Made by a program: the position numbers and the translations under genes
Source of the DNA: the human T2T-CHM13v2.0 reference genome, Homo sapiens
Length of the DNA: 64,000 bases
Reading direction: 5' to 3' (one strand)
Assembly: GCF_009914755.1 (NCBI RefSeq)
Contig: NC_060929.1
Notes under the pieces: model-generated
Told to the model about the DNA's origin: nothing
Seen by the model: the letters and a program-made list of their open reading frames with translations, nothing else
The model's database searches: none
Shown here: one piece after another, positions 1-13,170 of the stretch
How positions within the stretch are numbered: position 1 is the first letter of the stretch
Layout: the number at the start of each line of letters is the position of its first letter

Positions 1-1800
1 TTTAAAATTTGAAGACTGCAAAACTGATTTCCAAAATGGCTCCACCATTTTACATTCCCAATAGAAATGTATTGGGTTTCTGATGTCTTCATATTTCTTG
101 CTAATACTTGTCATTACCTCTCTTTTTGATTATAGCTATTCCAGCAAGTGTGAAGTAGTATCTTGTAATTTTTATTTCCATTTCCCTAGTGGCTAATTAT
201 GTTAAAAATGTTATTTATGTTATTGGCCATTTGTGCACCTTTTTTGAATAATGCCTATTCAGATTCTTTTGCCAATTTTTAATAAGCTTATTTTGTTTTC
301 ATTATTATTTTTGAGTGGTAAAATTCCTTTAAATATTTTGGATAACAGATCTTTATCAGATATGTGACTTACAAATATTTTTCCCCATTCTGTGTGTTAA
401 GTTTTCACTTTTCTTTTGAAGAAAAAAAAGTTTTTAATTTTGATGAAGTCCAATGGAACTATTTTTTTCATTGCTATACTATTGGTATTATAACTAAGAA
501 GGCTTTAATCCAAATCAAGAAGATTAACTTCTATGTGTTTTTCCTGAGAATTTAATAGTTTTAGCAATTACACTTAGTCTATGATCCATTTGGGATTAAT
601 ATTTGTTTATATTGTGAGGAAGAGATCTAGTTTTATTCTTTTGCATTTGGTATCCAGTTGTATCAGCAATAATTTGTGAAAAGTCTGTTATTTTTCTATG
701 AATTGCCTTGGCACTCTTATCAAAAGTCAATTGACCATAAGTTTGAGGATTTATTTCTGGGCTGTACAAGTTCTATTTCATTGATCTATGTGTCTGTCTG
801 TATGTGGTATGCAAGTACAACACCATTTTAATTTAACTTTTGAAATGGGGAAGTGTGGGCTCTGCAAATTTCTTTTCAAAAATGTTCTAGCTATTCTGAG
901 TTTCCTGCATTTTCATACAAATTTTAGGATTAGCTTGTCAATTTCTGCAACAAAAAACCATTGAGATCATGAAGAAAAAATGGTGCTGAATCTTTTGATC
1001 AATTTGAAGAGTGCTGCTGTCTTACTGTCAATAATATTAAGTCTTCTGATTTGTGGGCATAGAATGTATTTCCATTTACTTAAGACTTCTTTAATTTTTT
1101 TCAACAACCCTTTAATGCTTTTACAATTTTGGGTTTATATTTGTTTTCTTATATTTATTCCTAAGTATTTTATTCTTTTTGATTCTATTAGTATAAATAC
1201 GTTTTTTAAACTTTTATTTTTTATTTTTTTCTTGCTGGTATGTATATATAAATATAATTGATTTTATACATTGTTCTTGTCTTCTGCAATCTCTATGAAC
1301 TCATTTATTAGTTCTACTAGATTATTAGAGTATTATATAGGATAGACTACATACAAGATTATTTATAAGACCATGACATCTGCAAATAAAGATAAATTTA
1401 TTATTTATTTTCCAATCTGATTTTCATTTTTAAAAATTGTCTTTATATTGCCTAACTGCCCTGGCTAGAACCTTCAGCACAATGAAGAGAACAAGTGGTA
1501 AGAGCGGACATCTTTATCTTGTTCCTAATTATAGGGGGAAATATGCAATAATTATAATATTTCTCATGGAATTTTCATAGACTCCTTTTATTTGCTTGAG
1601 GAATTGCCCTTTTATTTTCAAGTATTTGAGATTTCTTATTATGAAAGAGTGTTGGATTTTAGTCAAAGGATTTTTCTGTTGCAATTGAGATAATCATGTG
1701 GTTTTTGTTCTTTATTAAATTGCTACGATTTATTACATTAATTTATTTTTCAGATGCTAAACAAATCTTATTTTCTTTCTATAATCCCAAGAGGTCATGG
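1..1800 (-). mobile_element. Ancient L1M LINE fragment (ORF2 3' part), antisense
   Basis: T-rich antisense L1 phrases such as ttccaaaatggctccaccattttacattccca, gatccatttgggattaatatttg, tccagttgtatcagcaataatttgtgaaaag and ctggctagaaccttcagcacaatg; no long ORF; boundaries approximate. Confidence 0.8.
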
Positions 1801-1819
1801 TACATAATACTTCATGTAG

Positions 1820-4140
1820 GTATTATTTTTGGAGCATTTTGAGGTTTACAGAATAAAAATTATGTAAAGATAAGAAGGATTCTCTATACTCCCTCTCTTC
1901 TACCCTCAGTGCTTCTTATTACTAACATCTTGCATTTTTGTGCTATATTTGCTATAACTGAGTAACTAATATTGATAGATTATTATTAACTATAGTTCAT
2001 GGTTTACATTAAGTTTCACTCTTTGTGTTATATGTTTCTACTGGTTTTGCCAAAAGTATGATATTTTGAATTTACTATTTCAGTGAATATTACACATGAT
2101 AGTTTCTCTGCCCCCCAAATCCCTCATGTACCACATATTCATCCCTCCCTACCTCTCTCTAAACTCTTGGTAATCGCTAATTTTTTTAAACTGTTCCCAT
2201 AGTTTTGTATAGGATGTCATACAGTTAAACGCATACAGTACGTAGACCTTTCAGACTGGCTTCTTCCACTTAGCAATATGTATTTAAGGTTCTTCTATGT
2301 CTCTTTTTAGCTTGATAGCTGCTTTCTCTTTACTGCTGAAGAATTCTTCCATTGTATGTGTGCACCACAGTTTGCATTCACATTGGTTGCTTCCAATTCA
2401 GAATAATTATGAATGAAGCTGCTATAAACAATAGCAAGCAACTTTTTTGTGTGGACATGTGTTGTCAACTCATTTGCATAAATACCAAAGAAAGCAGCTG
2501 CTAGTAAAAGTGATGTAACATATTTAGCTTTGTAAGAAACCCAGGCTGTCTTCCAAGAACCTGTGCCATTTTGCTTTTCCATCAGCTGTGAATGAGAGTT
2601 CCTGTTGCTCCACATTGTCTCCACGACTTGGTGATGTCAGTGCTTTGGATTTTTACCATTCTAATTAGCATGTAGTAGTATCTTATTGTTGTTTCAAGTT
2701 GCAATTCTGAATGACATATGATGTTGAATATCTTTTATATGTTTATATAGCATCCATATATTTTCCTTGGTGAAATATGTATTCAGATCTTTTGCCCACT
2801 TTTTTATTTGGGTTGTTTACTTATGTTTGTATTTCAAGAGTTCTTTTTATATTTTGGATATACTTTTTTTAAAAATATGTGTTTTTCAAATTTCTTCTCC
2901 TAATCTGTGCTTTGTCTTTCTGTTATCTTAATACTGTCTTTTGCAGAGGAGGGGTTTTTGTTTTAATTTTAATAAAATCTAACTTACCATTTTTAACATC
3001 AATGATTGTGCTTTTGATGTTGTATCTAAAAAGTCATTGCCAAATCCGTGACTCCAAGACCACCTAGATTTTCTCCTATATTATCTTCAATAAGTTTTAT
3101 AGTTTTACATTTTATCCTTAGGTCCGGGATCCATTTTGAGTAAATTTTTGTGAAAGGTGTAAGTTCTGTGCCTACATTCATCTGTTTGCATGTCAATATC
3201 CAGTTGATCTAGCACCATATGTTGAAAAGACTATCGGTCTCCATTAGACTATTTTTGCTTCCTTTTTATATATAAATTTAATATATTCATTTGGGTACAT
3301 TTCTGGGCTCCTTATTTTGTTCCATTGATCAATTTGTCTCTTCCTTTACCAATACTACACTCCCTTGATTATTGTAGCTCTATAGTAAGACTTGAAGTTT
3401 GGTAGTGCTAGTCCTTTGATTTTGCTTTTCTCTTTCCTTAATATTATCTTGGTTCCTCTGAGTCTTTTGTCCTTATATATGAAATTTAGAATCAAATTGT
3501 CACTTTCCACTAAGTAACTTGCTGGAATTTTAATGGAGATAGCATTCAATCTTTATATGAAGTTCGGGAGAACTTATATATTGACAATATTGAGTCTTCC
3601 TATCCAAGGACCTAGAATATCATTTCATTTATTTAGATCATCTTTGATTTCTTTCCTGTTTCTTTGAGAGGGAGTCTCGCTGTCACCCAGGCTGGAGTGC
3701 AGTGGTGCAATCTCGGCTCACTGCAGGCTCCGCCCCCCTGGGTTCATGCCATTCTCCTGCCTCAGCCTCCTGAGTAGCTGGGACTACAGGCACCTGCCAC
3801 CACGCCCGGCTAATTTTTTGTATTTTTAGTAGAGACAGGGTTTCACTGTGTTAGCCAGGATGGTCTCGATCTCCTGACCTCATGATCCACCTGCTTAGGC
3901 CTCCCAAAGTGCTGGGATTACAGGCGTGAGCCACCACGCCTGGCCTTGATTTCTTTCATCTAGGTTTTGTAGCTCTTCTCATATAGATCTTGTATATACT
4001 TTTTAGGATTTATACCTTAGTATTTCAATTTCTTATGCTGATATAAATGATGTGGTTTTAATTTCAAATTCCAATTGTTCGTTGGTAGTACATAGGAAAG
4101 TGTTCAACTTTTGTATATTAATCTTGTATTCTGCTACACG
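1820..4140 (-). mobile_element. Second ancient L1 (L1MC/L1MB-like 3' UTR plus ORF2 end), antisense, interrupted by an Alu
   Basis: Starts with an L1MC-type 3' end (ttttggagcattttgaggtttacagaa). ORF 3355..3549(-) MNAISIKIPASY...GLALPNFKSYYRATIIK is recognisable decayed L1 ORF2. Confidence 0.8.
3656..3945 (-). mobile_element. AluY-lineage element (AluYe5-like)
   Basis: Dimeric Alu. gtctcgctgtc (2-bp deletion) and gcaggctccgcccccctggg resemble remembered AluYe diagnostics. Perfect 12-bp TSD ttgatttctttc at 3644-3655 and 3946-3957. Confidence 0.9.
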
Positions 4141-4382
4141 AGTATAAAAACTAAAATTTTAAAAAATGCATTTAAATCCTCGTCTAAAAATGTGTAAGGA
4201 ACAGTCACTATCCTCTGAAACTCACAAATACAAGGGAAATAAAACAAGACATTAATTAAAATTCAAAGTGTTTGAGATGTGAAAAAATGTATTGAGAGCA
4301 CTGAAGAAGAAATAATTCTTACTACAGGTTGATGAGGAAGAACTTTCAGAAGAGAAAATTTTGAACAGGGCGTTAATTTTTG

Positions 4383-4707
4383 AAAAGAAAAAAAGAATAA
4401 AATCATGTCCTTTGCAGCAACATGGATGGAGCTGGAGGCCATAATACTAAGTGAATTAATGCAGGAACAGAAAACTGAATACCACATGTTCCAACTTATA
4501 AGTGAGAGCTAAACATTCCGCATTCATGGATATAAACATAAGAACAATAGACACTGCAGACTACTGGGGGAAAAGGAGGGAGGGGGGTCATGAGTTGAAA
4601 CACTACCTATTGGGTACTGTGCTCACTACCTGGGTCCAATATACCCATGTAACAACCCTACATATGTACCTCCTGTATCTAAAATAAAAATGGAATTTTT
4701 TTTAAAA
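4383..4707 (+). mobile_element. L1PB/L1MA-like 3' terminal fragment
   Basis: atcatgtcctttgcagcaacatggatggagctggaggcc...acccatgtaacaaccctacatatgtacc...aaaataaaa, a typical L1 3' UTR. Confidence 0.85.
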
Positions 4708-4780
4708 AGTAACTTCCCACCAACCTCATTAATAAATATGACTACAAAAGCCTAAATAAAACAGCAAATTAAAAAAACAG

Positions 4781-4903
4781 AGAAACTAGCAAAAAGGCAC
4801 TTCAGATAAAATAAACTAATATAATATTTAAAAAAAATAGCAAATAAAAACCAGAAACTAGCAAAAAGGCACTTCAGATAAAATAAACTAATATAATATT
4901 TAA
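4781..4903. repeat. Tandem duplication, 72-bp period, 51-bp exact core
   Basis: agaaactagcaaaaaggcacttcagataaaataaactaatataatatttaa at 4781-4831 and 4853-4903. Confidence 0.95.
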
Positions 4904-5079
4904 CAAAAAATATAGTTTGCTATGTACAGCTGTGTAAATTAGGCAGATTAGAAAAGATGAACAGTCTAGATTGTCACAGATCACACAAAGCTTAGCATAC
5001 AATTTTGACAAGCCAATTATTCTATTATTTCAAAATAGCTGCACTATCCATCTTTATACTTTAGATATTAGACTTCACA

Positions 5080-5237
5080 AACATGGTTTCAGCATCTGCT
5101 TCTGGTGAGGGCCTCAGGAAGCTTACAATCATGGTGGAAGGCAAAGTGGGGGTAGGCACGTCACATGGCCAGCGTGGGAGCAAGAGAAAGAGGGAGGAGG
5201 TACCAATACTTTTAAACAACCAGATCTCTCGTGAACT
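5080..5237 (-). mobile_element. MST-family (MaLR) LTR internal fragment
   Basis: gcatctgcttctggtgagggcctcaggaagcttacaatcatggtggaaggcaaag...ttttaaacaaccagatctc. Confidence 0.85.
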
Positions 5238-5699
5238 TGCTCAACTTTTGGATACTGGCCACTTGACAGTTATTTTTCTCATTCTGTGTAGATTCAAGCT
5301 ATTCTATGGAATTATCCAATAAATTCAAATTCAGAAAGATCTTTTGGTAGACATTAATAGCTGAAAGCTAAAGTTCCCAAATCACACTTTAAAAAATGCA
5401 CTGATAAGAAGTCTCCCCTGCTCTTTTTATCTCTAAAAGTAGACACTAATCAAGTAGAAAGCGATCAAATAACAGAAAAATGCATCAATAAAAGAGACGA
5501 GAATCATAATCAAGGACTAGCGGATAATTTATGCTCTACCATCATATTTTAAAATCCAAAAAAACCTGCAAATGTTAAATTCTTTAATACTTTAATTCTA
5601 ATGAATATCAGTAAGTTTAAGAATCAAGAGAGGGATACAGGATGAGAATGTACACAAACAGCCTATACCACAGTAGAAAATAACAATGGTTCACATTTA

Positions 5700-5875
5700 T
5701 TAAATATTTCACATGTATTATCTCTACTAACTTATTTAGTAGAGATAATACTAAATGAATCCCTATCATTATTCACATTTTCCCATGTAGAAATGGAGGC
5801 TTAGAAAGTGAAAAGACTTGCCCAAAGTAGCTCAGCTATTAAATGACAGAGAAGAGATTCCATCTCAGGCCACCC
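5700..5875 (-). mobile_element. MIR SINE
   Basis: Antisense MIR core: gaaatggaggcttagaaagtgaaaagacttgcccaaagtagctcagctattaaatgacaga. Confidence 0.7.
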
Positions 5876-6180
5876 AATATGAAAGCTTTGGAGATAGAGA
5901 AACTGACATGGAAATCCAGCACCCTTCCTTGCCGACTTCACAATGACCATTTTAGTGGTGAAGTAATTAAGAAAAGTAAAATGTGAGGCCAGGATTCCCA
6001 TAATTTCAAACATTGTGTGTTTTTCACCTTGTCATATTATACTATAATAGTACAACTATTTCTATATTAAAAATGCATTCAAGAGAAGATTATAATGTTT
6101 TAATTTTGGTAATAGAAGGAAAACACATGCTATTTGGAGATTTGAAGTATATAAATTATCTGATGAGGATAAAGATTTCT

Positions 6181-6522
<342 letters not shown>

Positions 6523-7104
6523 TGAAATTCTAAGGCGAACAGTGACACAAGGTATCAGTTCAGAACTCAACAAGAAATACAAAAGATAGCACACATTTGT
6601 GTATATCCCTCTGCTTATACCTTCATTTTTTAATATCAAATGAATATGACCAAATGTGTCAACTGAAACACACTGAGTAAAAATGATCCCAACAGTCCCT
6701 TCCTATAATAATAATAAAAAGTCTTAAAGTGAACAACATTTTAACTAAAATTGAAGAAAATGACAATGTTGAGAAGAACTTCAAAGAGCATAACATCAGC
6801 TACCCTATGTGAAATCCAAAGATCAGACTTCATCTTCACATTTTTAGGTTATACTGTTTTGAAATGACCTCAAATCTCCAGAGATAATATTAAAGAAGTC
6901 TTACACTTTCAGTGTATGTGTGTGTTTTTTTAATTATTGTTTTTGTTTTAAATAGTATGCAACTGCCTAATTTCATTTCATCCTGAAAGCAATTTTGTGT
7001 GGTATAAGTGGTCAAGGCTAAAATATGGAAAAATATGGTTCACATGGGTTGTTACCAAACAAAATATCACACATATTTTAAGTGCTTCCAGTATGCATTT
7101 AATA

Positions 7105-7330
7105 CAGTGGTATGTTGACAAATATTTAACAACTGGTTCTCAGGTTAAAAAACAAAACAAAACAAAAAAAGCCCCTAATTTTTACGTATTGATTTCAGTG
7201 TTGTAAATACTCCTATATGGTAATGCCAAGCTGTTAAGGTGATGTCTTTAAACATGGAATTAGGAGGAGATGTTTCAATCTGCTCTGTGATCCAGTCTGA
7301 TGGTATGAGATGGTTCTAAACATTGTAATG
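7105..7330. mobile_element. MER63-like hAT DNA transposon fossil
   Basis: Starts cagtggtatgttgacaaatatttaacaactggttctc and ends ggtatgagatggttctaaacattgtaatg, resembling remembered MER63 termini. Confidence 0.5.
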
Positions 7331-7344
7331 AACCTGGAGTAACC

Positions 7345-7635
7345 TAGGGGTAGGCAAACATTTTCTCCAAAGGGCCAGAATGTAAGTATTTTAAGCTTTG
7401 CTGGCCATACATTCTTGCAACAATTCAACTCTGACACTGTTGTAGTGCCAAAGAAATCATAGGTGATAGGCAAATGAGTGTTGGCTAGATGAGTGTTTAT
7501 GAATAGAGAATTTTGAATTTCACATAATGTTCAAATGTCACAAAAATGTTCTTCTTTTGATTTTTTCCATTATTAAAAATTGTAAAAAGTATTCTTAAGT
7601 TTTGAGATATATACAAAATAATTTGCAGGCTCCTG
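7345..7635. mobile_element. MER58B-like hAT-Charlie fossil
   Basis: taggggtaggcaaacattttctccaaagggccagaatgtaagtattttaagctttgctggccatac ... tttgcaggctcctg. Confidence 0.75.
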
Positions 7636-8914
7636 ATCTAAACTGTAGAAAATTGACTGAACTGGGGAAGACTTGATTGAGTTGCATTCCTAACTAATCC
7701 AAGAATCTTACATGACACACCAGTGTCTAATCCCTTATGTCATAGTGGACTCTTCTGAGGCTCATCAGTATCCACGGTTCTTTTGGCCTTCAACAGTTAT
7801 AGGCTTCAAAGAAACTTGTTATTTCAGTTCCTTACTTCTTCTTGTCTGCCTCCATCAACATTTCTTAAGCTGTTGGCATAAAGTTCACAGCATTCATTGG
7901 CTTTAAAAATTTAGGAACCATAAAAATAGACTTTACATCCTAAATATAAACACAAAAACACATACATGAAGTAACTGAAACAAACATTTCACAGAAAAGA
8001 TTGTACCCATACCACTTGCAATCCACTGTTATGTCTTCTATTCATTTTTCATTCTACTTTATGTTTAAAAATTGCTCATGGAGACTCATTAGTGGGTCAA
8101 CATCTACAATTGGTAAAACCCCAATTTAATTAAAATGATTGATACCAACCTGTGAATATTCTATAAAATAGCTTCTCTCTCACCCTGGGCTATTTGCAGT
8201 TGCTAAAAGCAGCCATTAGCCAGATTAATCACAAGTTATAGAAATTATGTGAGATGTTTTTCTGAGCAGGGATTTCTGAGACTCCATGCTTACTCAAGGA
8301 CTTGTGGGTCTCTTCTTTCTCCTGACAGTCACTTAAGATAGGCTCTCTACAAACAAATCAGCATCCTACATACTCATAATGACATTTTGTTGTTGTCAAT
8401 ACAATTCTGACGTGGAAAAATACTATTCTGATATGCAGAAGAACCTAGTACTATATTTCTAAATTTACATTTTTTTTCTGTTCATTATTTAGTTTTCTGT
8501 GATTTTTCTGTTTCTACACTATTATGCAATAGAATCATCAAATAAAATTAAAGATGAGGCAGTGTATGGATTAATCAATCTACCAACATAATCATATCAT
8601 TTTATATTTTATTGAAAGCATGTATTCCTTAATCCTTCTACAGGGATTGCTAATTATTCCCATAAAAGTAAACCAAATCAACATAAATCCAGTTTGAAAG
8701 TATCACTTCAAACCTTATATTGTGCCAAAATATTCTATGATTCTATCACAGTCTCTCATGCTCCTCCCCCACCCCTCTCTGTTATAAGTTATATGTTTCC
8801 CTAACTGCAGGTGTTATGGAAATGTAACTTCTGATTCAAGCTGAGAAAGGACTTGAGGAACTTGAGGAAATTGTTTATGATCTGATGGAAATTTTAAATT
8901 GTGTTGGAGAAAAT

Positions 8915-9112
8915 GATTCTGACTTGGGACCAGGAAACCTGTGTTCAAATCACCCCTTAGCATGACAATTATGTGCCTTTCTGCAAATTTACAAAAATGT
9001 CCTTGTAGATCTAGTTTCCTTTTCTGTAAAATCCAAATAATACCACTCTACTTATCTCACAGATATTTATGAGACAGTGGATCACTAATACATGTAAATT
9101 TCTTTGCAAACT
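8915..9112 (+). mobile_element. MIR SINE (degenerate)
   Basis: acctgtgttcaaatc...ctagtttccttttctgtaaaat...ctacttatctcacag. Confidence 0.6.
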
Positions 9113-10029
9113 TAGAAGCATCCTGAAAAAGAATGGATGTCCTATATATGGAGAACCATTAAATTATTTTTGTCACTTTTAGTTTCATTTTGCTCTGAAA
9201 GTCACATTTACAACCCCTTCCTTCCCCAGTTATGTGACAGCAACACAGCCTGTGTACTTCCCTATATGGAGGCATGTAGGGTTGCTGCAGGCAATGTGTC
9301 CACGTGTCTGGATTTCTGAGTATATCATTTATTATTTTTGGTGGCTCCAATGCAGCAATAGCACAGGACTTTGACAGTTGATGGAGATAGAAATTTCAGC
9401 AATAATAGTAACTTTACTATATAGGCAAAATTTTTAACATTATCCTCACTTACTGCTAGAAGACGCTGAATAAATGCATTAGACACACATCAGCTCTTTT
9501 AATTACCATTTTAAAGCTTCACTAGTTCTTTTATCCTTTATGTTTAATAAGCTATTATAGTGGTTTCATATTATCTTCAAATTAAACTTTTCTTCCATTA
9601 AAAAATGAAACCTTTAAAAGTGATTGAAATATTTTGGTACATAGCTGGAAACTGTTTCAAAGTGAAGAATCTAGAGATAATTCTCTTTTGCTGTTCTTTC
9701 ATATATGTATGCACATAATAAGCTGGAAGAAACTCCTTAGAAAAATCTGCATTATATAGGCAAAAACTTGAGACCTTCCATGGGGTGAAAATAAAGTCGT
9801 ACACCTTCTTAGGAGATCTGAGTAAATGTTGTGGTTTAATAGCAGCTGAAATGTCTAGAAACACATGCAATAGTATGTCCTGAGTCTCTAGGTCTCCTGA
9901 AAACAAAATATAACTTCATTGCTTTGTTATTTTAATTTCTGTATCTCAGATGCATTGGCTGAATTAATTATGCTAATTCAGTTCAGGGCACTGATCCATG
10001 CAGTGATTAACGATGTATGCAAAGCCCTT

Positions 10030-11305
10030 TTTTTGTTTTTGTTTTTCCTTATTCTCTTATTCTATTCATCCCTGGTTATCCGATATTTATACTAATATGT
10101 TTAATGTATATTTTGCATGCGTATGTTTTAGCAAATGTGTATCATTTTGTGTATATGTATTTTAATGTACTTAAATAATATCATGTTATATATGATTGAT
10201 CTATCATCCATCTTTCTGTAAATATCTATATGTTCTAAGAACATTCATGGTTTTTTGTGTACCTCTAATTCATTGTTTCAACACTGCAGAGTATTTCATG
10301 GTTTACATCTACTTTGTTCTTTCTACCCTTCTAGCAAAACATTTTTAGGTTGCCCCAAAATTTCTATTACTACAAATGCTGCTGAAATGAACATCTATAT
10401 ACATATCTGTCTGGTGACTTGTGTGATAATTTTTTAGAAATGTACACCAAGGAGTAGAATTACTGGACCATAAGGCATACATTATTTTTTAGGAAATGAC
10501 AGCATCCCTTCAGAGATGCTAATCTACATTCTCAGCAGCAGCACATGGAAATCATACATCTCGTATCTATGCCAACATTTTGTATTATCCAGCTTTCCAA
10601 TTGTTTTGCAATTTAATAGGTGAAACATGATATCTCATTACCTTTAGATTTAGAATTCTCTATTCACAAATGATTTCGAGCACCCCCATGTATGTTTCTT
10701 AGCTTTTTCTTATTTTTTGACTGTAAATTTTTTTTTCATATCCTTTGACATTTTTTCCATTGTGGCTGGTTTGTTGCTTTTTCAGGAATTTTAGCTTTGA
10801 TTGCTCTACCATTTGTATGCTTCAAATATTTTTTCCCACTATGTTACATAAGTTCTGATTTTGTGCAGAGTCCTTTATGAACATCCATTCTTATTTTTTA
10901 ATAATACAATTAAATAAGATTTTTGCTTTAGGGTTTGTACTTTTGACATTTTAAGTTCTTCCTTATCATAAGGATACTTTCCAAATTCCTTTCTATTATT
11001 TTTACAGTGTTATCTTTAACACTTAGTATTTAATTCTTTTGCAATCCTCTTTTTTATGTGTTGCTTGTGGTGATCCAATCTTATTTTTTCCCATATAATG
11101 TGCTAGTGTTTTCTAACATTATAGAATAAAAAGTTACCTTTTATTCATTGATCTGTGGGAACCCATTATTGTAAATTAAGGTTCTATAGATTCTTGTTTC
11201 TGTGTCTGAGCTTCCTCTTTTATTTCACTGAACTATTGTCTGTTTTTGTCTTATACTATACCATGTTTATTATTATGACTTTGTAATCTCTAATTATCTA
11301 GTTGG
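10030..11305 (-). mobile_element. Ancient L1ME-like fragment, antisense
   Basis: tttctattactacaaatgctgctgaaatgaacatc and aggagtagaattactggaccataagg; T-rich; boundaries approximate. Confidence 0.7.
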
Positions 11306-11739
11306 TCAGTTTTACAGATATGAAGAAATAATAACGTTATTTAGTCCAAATTTGCATCTAGTACCCAACTATCTCTTACAATAAGCCAGATGGATCATGC
11401 TCAGTGTCCATGCACACAGCCTTGTTAATATTTTTCCAGGTAATCTATCCCAATGTTGATTAGTTTTCTTTACCCATGACCATTTTAGAAATAAAACCTA
11501 TCCTCTTGTAACTTTTACCTTTTCACTATAACTAGTCCTTCTGAAACAAAATTTTAAAAAGGTTAATTTCATCTTGTACACGATCAATAATTCTTCAGCT
11601 ATCATGTTCATCTCTATAGTATTTTTTTCTTCAGGTTCAATATCCCTAGCCACATTATCTGTCCTCATGAGCCATGGTTTTCAGACATGTCTCAATTATA
11701 GCTATCCTCTCTGCACAATCCATTTGATCTTTGATCCTT

Positions 11740-11850
11740 TTAAAATATTGCATGTGTAACTGAAAAACCAGTAATTCCAATGTGGTCAGGTAAAGATAGA
11801 GTACAGTGAAATCATAGTCTCTCTTCATGGGGACACTAAAACATGATTGT
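11740..11850 (-). mobile_element. Possible L3/CR1 fragment
   Basis: aattccaatgtggtcaggtaaagatagagtacagtgaaatcatagtctctcttcatggggacacta resembles antisense CR1/L3. Confidence 0.35.
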
Positions 11851-12379
11851 GGGATTCTCTTTCCATGGCTTATCTAATGTAAACTCTTTAAAATGTAGCA
11901 CACTTTGAAAAACAGACAAAAATTACCCAAGTCTACTAACCATCATCACTGGAATGACTCTAAATCTCTTTAAACTAAAACAAACAAAACAATATTTTTG
12001 AGTACAGTTAAATTTATGATATTCAAAATCTTTTTTTTATGGGCTAACTCAGAGATCCTTGGCTTGCTACTTGCCAAGATACACCAAGATTGGTCATTTC
12101 TATGGTCATACATCACAAAATTGCCATTCAGTACAGTAAATGTGCTATTGTAGCTAATTTCACAGGAGATCTGGTTTCCTTGGACCAATCTACGTCAAAT
12201 TGGCCATAATAATATCATGACATGTTTTTCCTATTTCTAGGCAAGATTTCCTCACACATCATTCCGGTCTCAGCATGAAAATATCTGGAAAAACATTAGG
12301 AAGCTGATTTGCCCCCTTTAGGCAAGAAGAGAGATAAGCTTAAAAACCAGTGACAAGTTCCATATGAGGAGAACCCAAC

Positions 12380-12430
12380 GTGTGTCAAATCCTGTCAATC
12401 ACGTGACACACTGCTGCAGGCCTGTCAGCT
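12380..12430. promoter_or_regulatory. Candidate enhancer: PBX-MEIS/PREP decamer overlapping an E-box
   Basis: ctgtcaatca (reverse complement TGATTGACAG) at 12392-12401 overlaps cacgtg at 12400-12405. Extra tgtca half-sites at 12383 and 12423. Unique DNA; motif evidence only. Confidence 0.4.
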
Positions 12431-12896
12431 CACCTTCATTGCGTTATTAAAGGATCATTCGCAACACAGCCTCATGCAGATTTCAGCTGTGTGCCCTGAA
12501 ATCCAGGGAAAAGGCCCACCGTGGTATATGGTGCTGATAGAAGTTCACTAATACGAATATTCTTAGCTTCCCCCCCATAAATTCCTTCTTACACTGCTTG
12601 AAAAATAAATACTTTTTCTGCCTTCAGCTTCAACATATTTCTCTAAGCAATTTCTAGTTTATTTTGACAAGCTGTCTTTAGATTGTGTTTGGACACTCTA
12701 AGCAATTTAGATGAATGCATTTAGAATCAGCTTAGGAATCTGTTGAGCTTTGTCTGATTGTATACTAGCATAATTTATCCCAGCCTCCAAAATCCAAGTT
12801 GAAGGTCATCTCCTCGGTGATGCCTTCCTCTTTGCTAGAATTAATGTTTTGTCTTTTTATGCTCTCTTCAAAGACAGTTTGTGATGTGATTATAGT

Positions 12897-13170
12897 ATTC
12901 ATTTATTCATTCATTAAATATTTGAGTGCCCATTACAAATCAAACTCTGTGTTAGGTACTAAAGGCACAGAATTCAACAAAAGTTGACCTTTGGCTTTAA
13001 AGAAACTTAAGATTTAATTCTGGAGATGGAAATGTAAATATGATTGTTACTCAGGGTGGTAAGCACAGTACAAGGTATGTGCAAGGGATGGTGTTTTTAT
13101 AGGGGGATGAACAAATTGCTTGGATTTGGATAAGTCAAGGATTGATAGATGAGATATTTGACTGAAATAT
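12897..13170 (-). mobile_element. L2 3' end fragment
   Basis: attcatttattcattcattaaatatttgagtgcc...ctgtgttaggtact, antisense L2 tail. Confidence 0.65.

Noticed and set aside
8830-8966. Protein-looking frame LIQAEKGLEELEEIVYDLMEILNC after an acceptor-like site
   Set aside because: Bounded by stops, runs into a MIR, no donor and no recognised homology.
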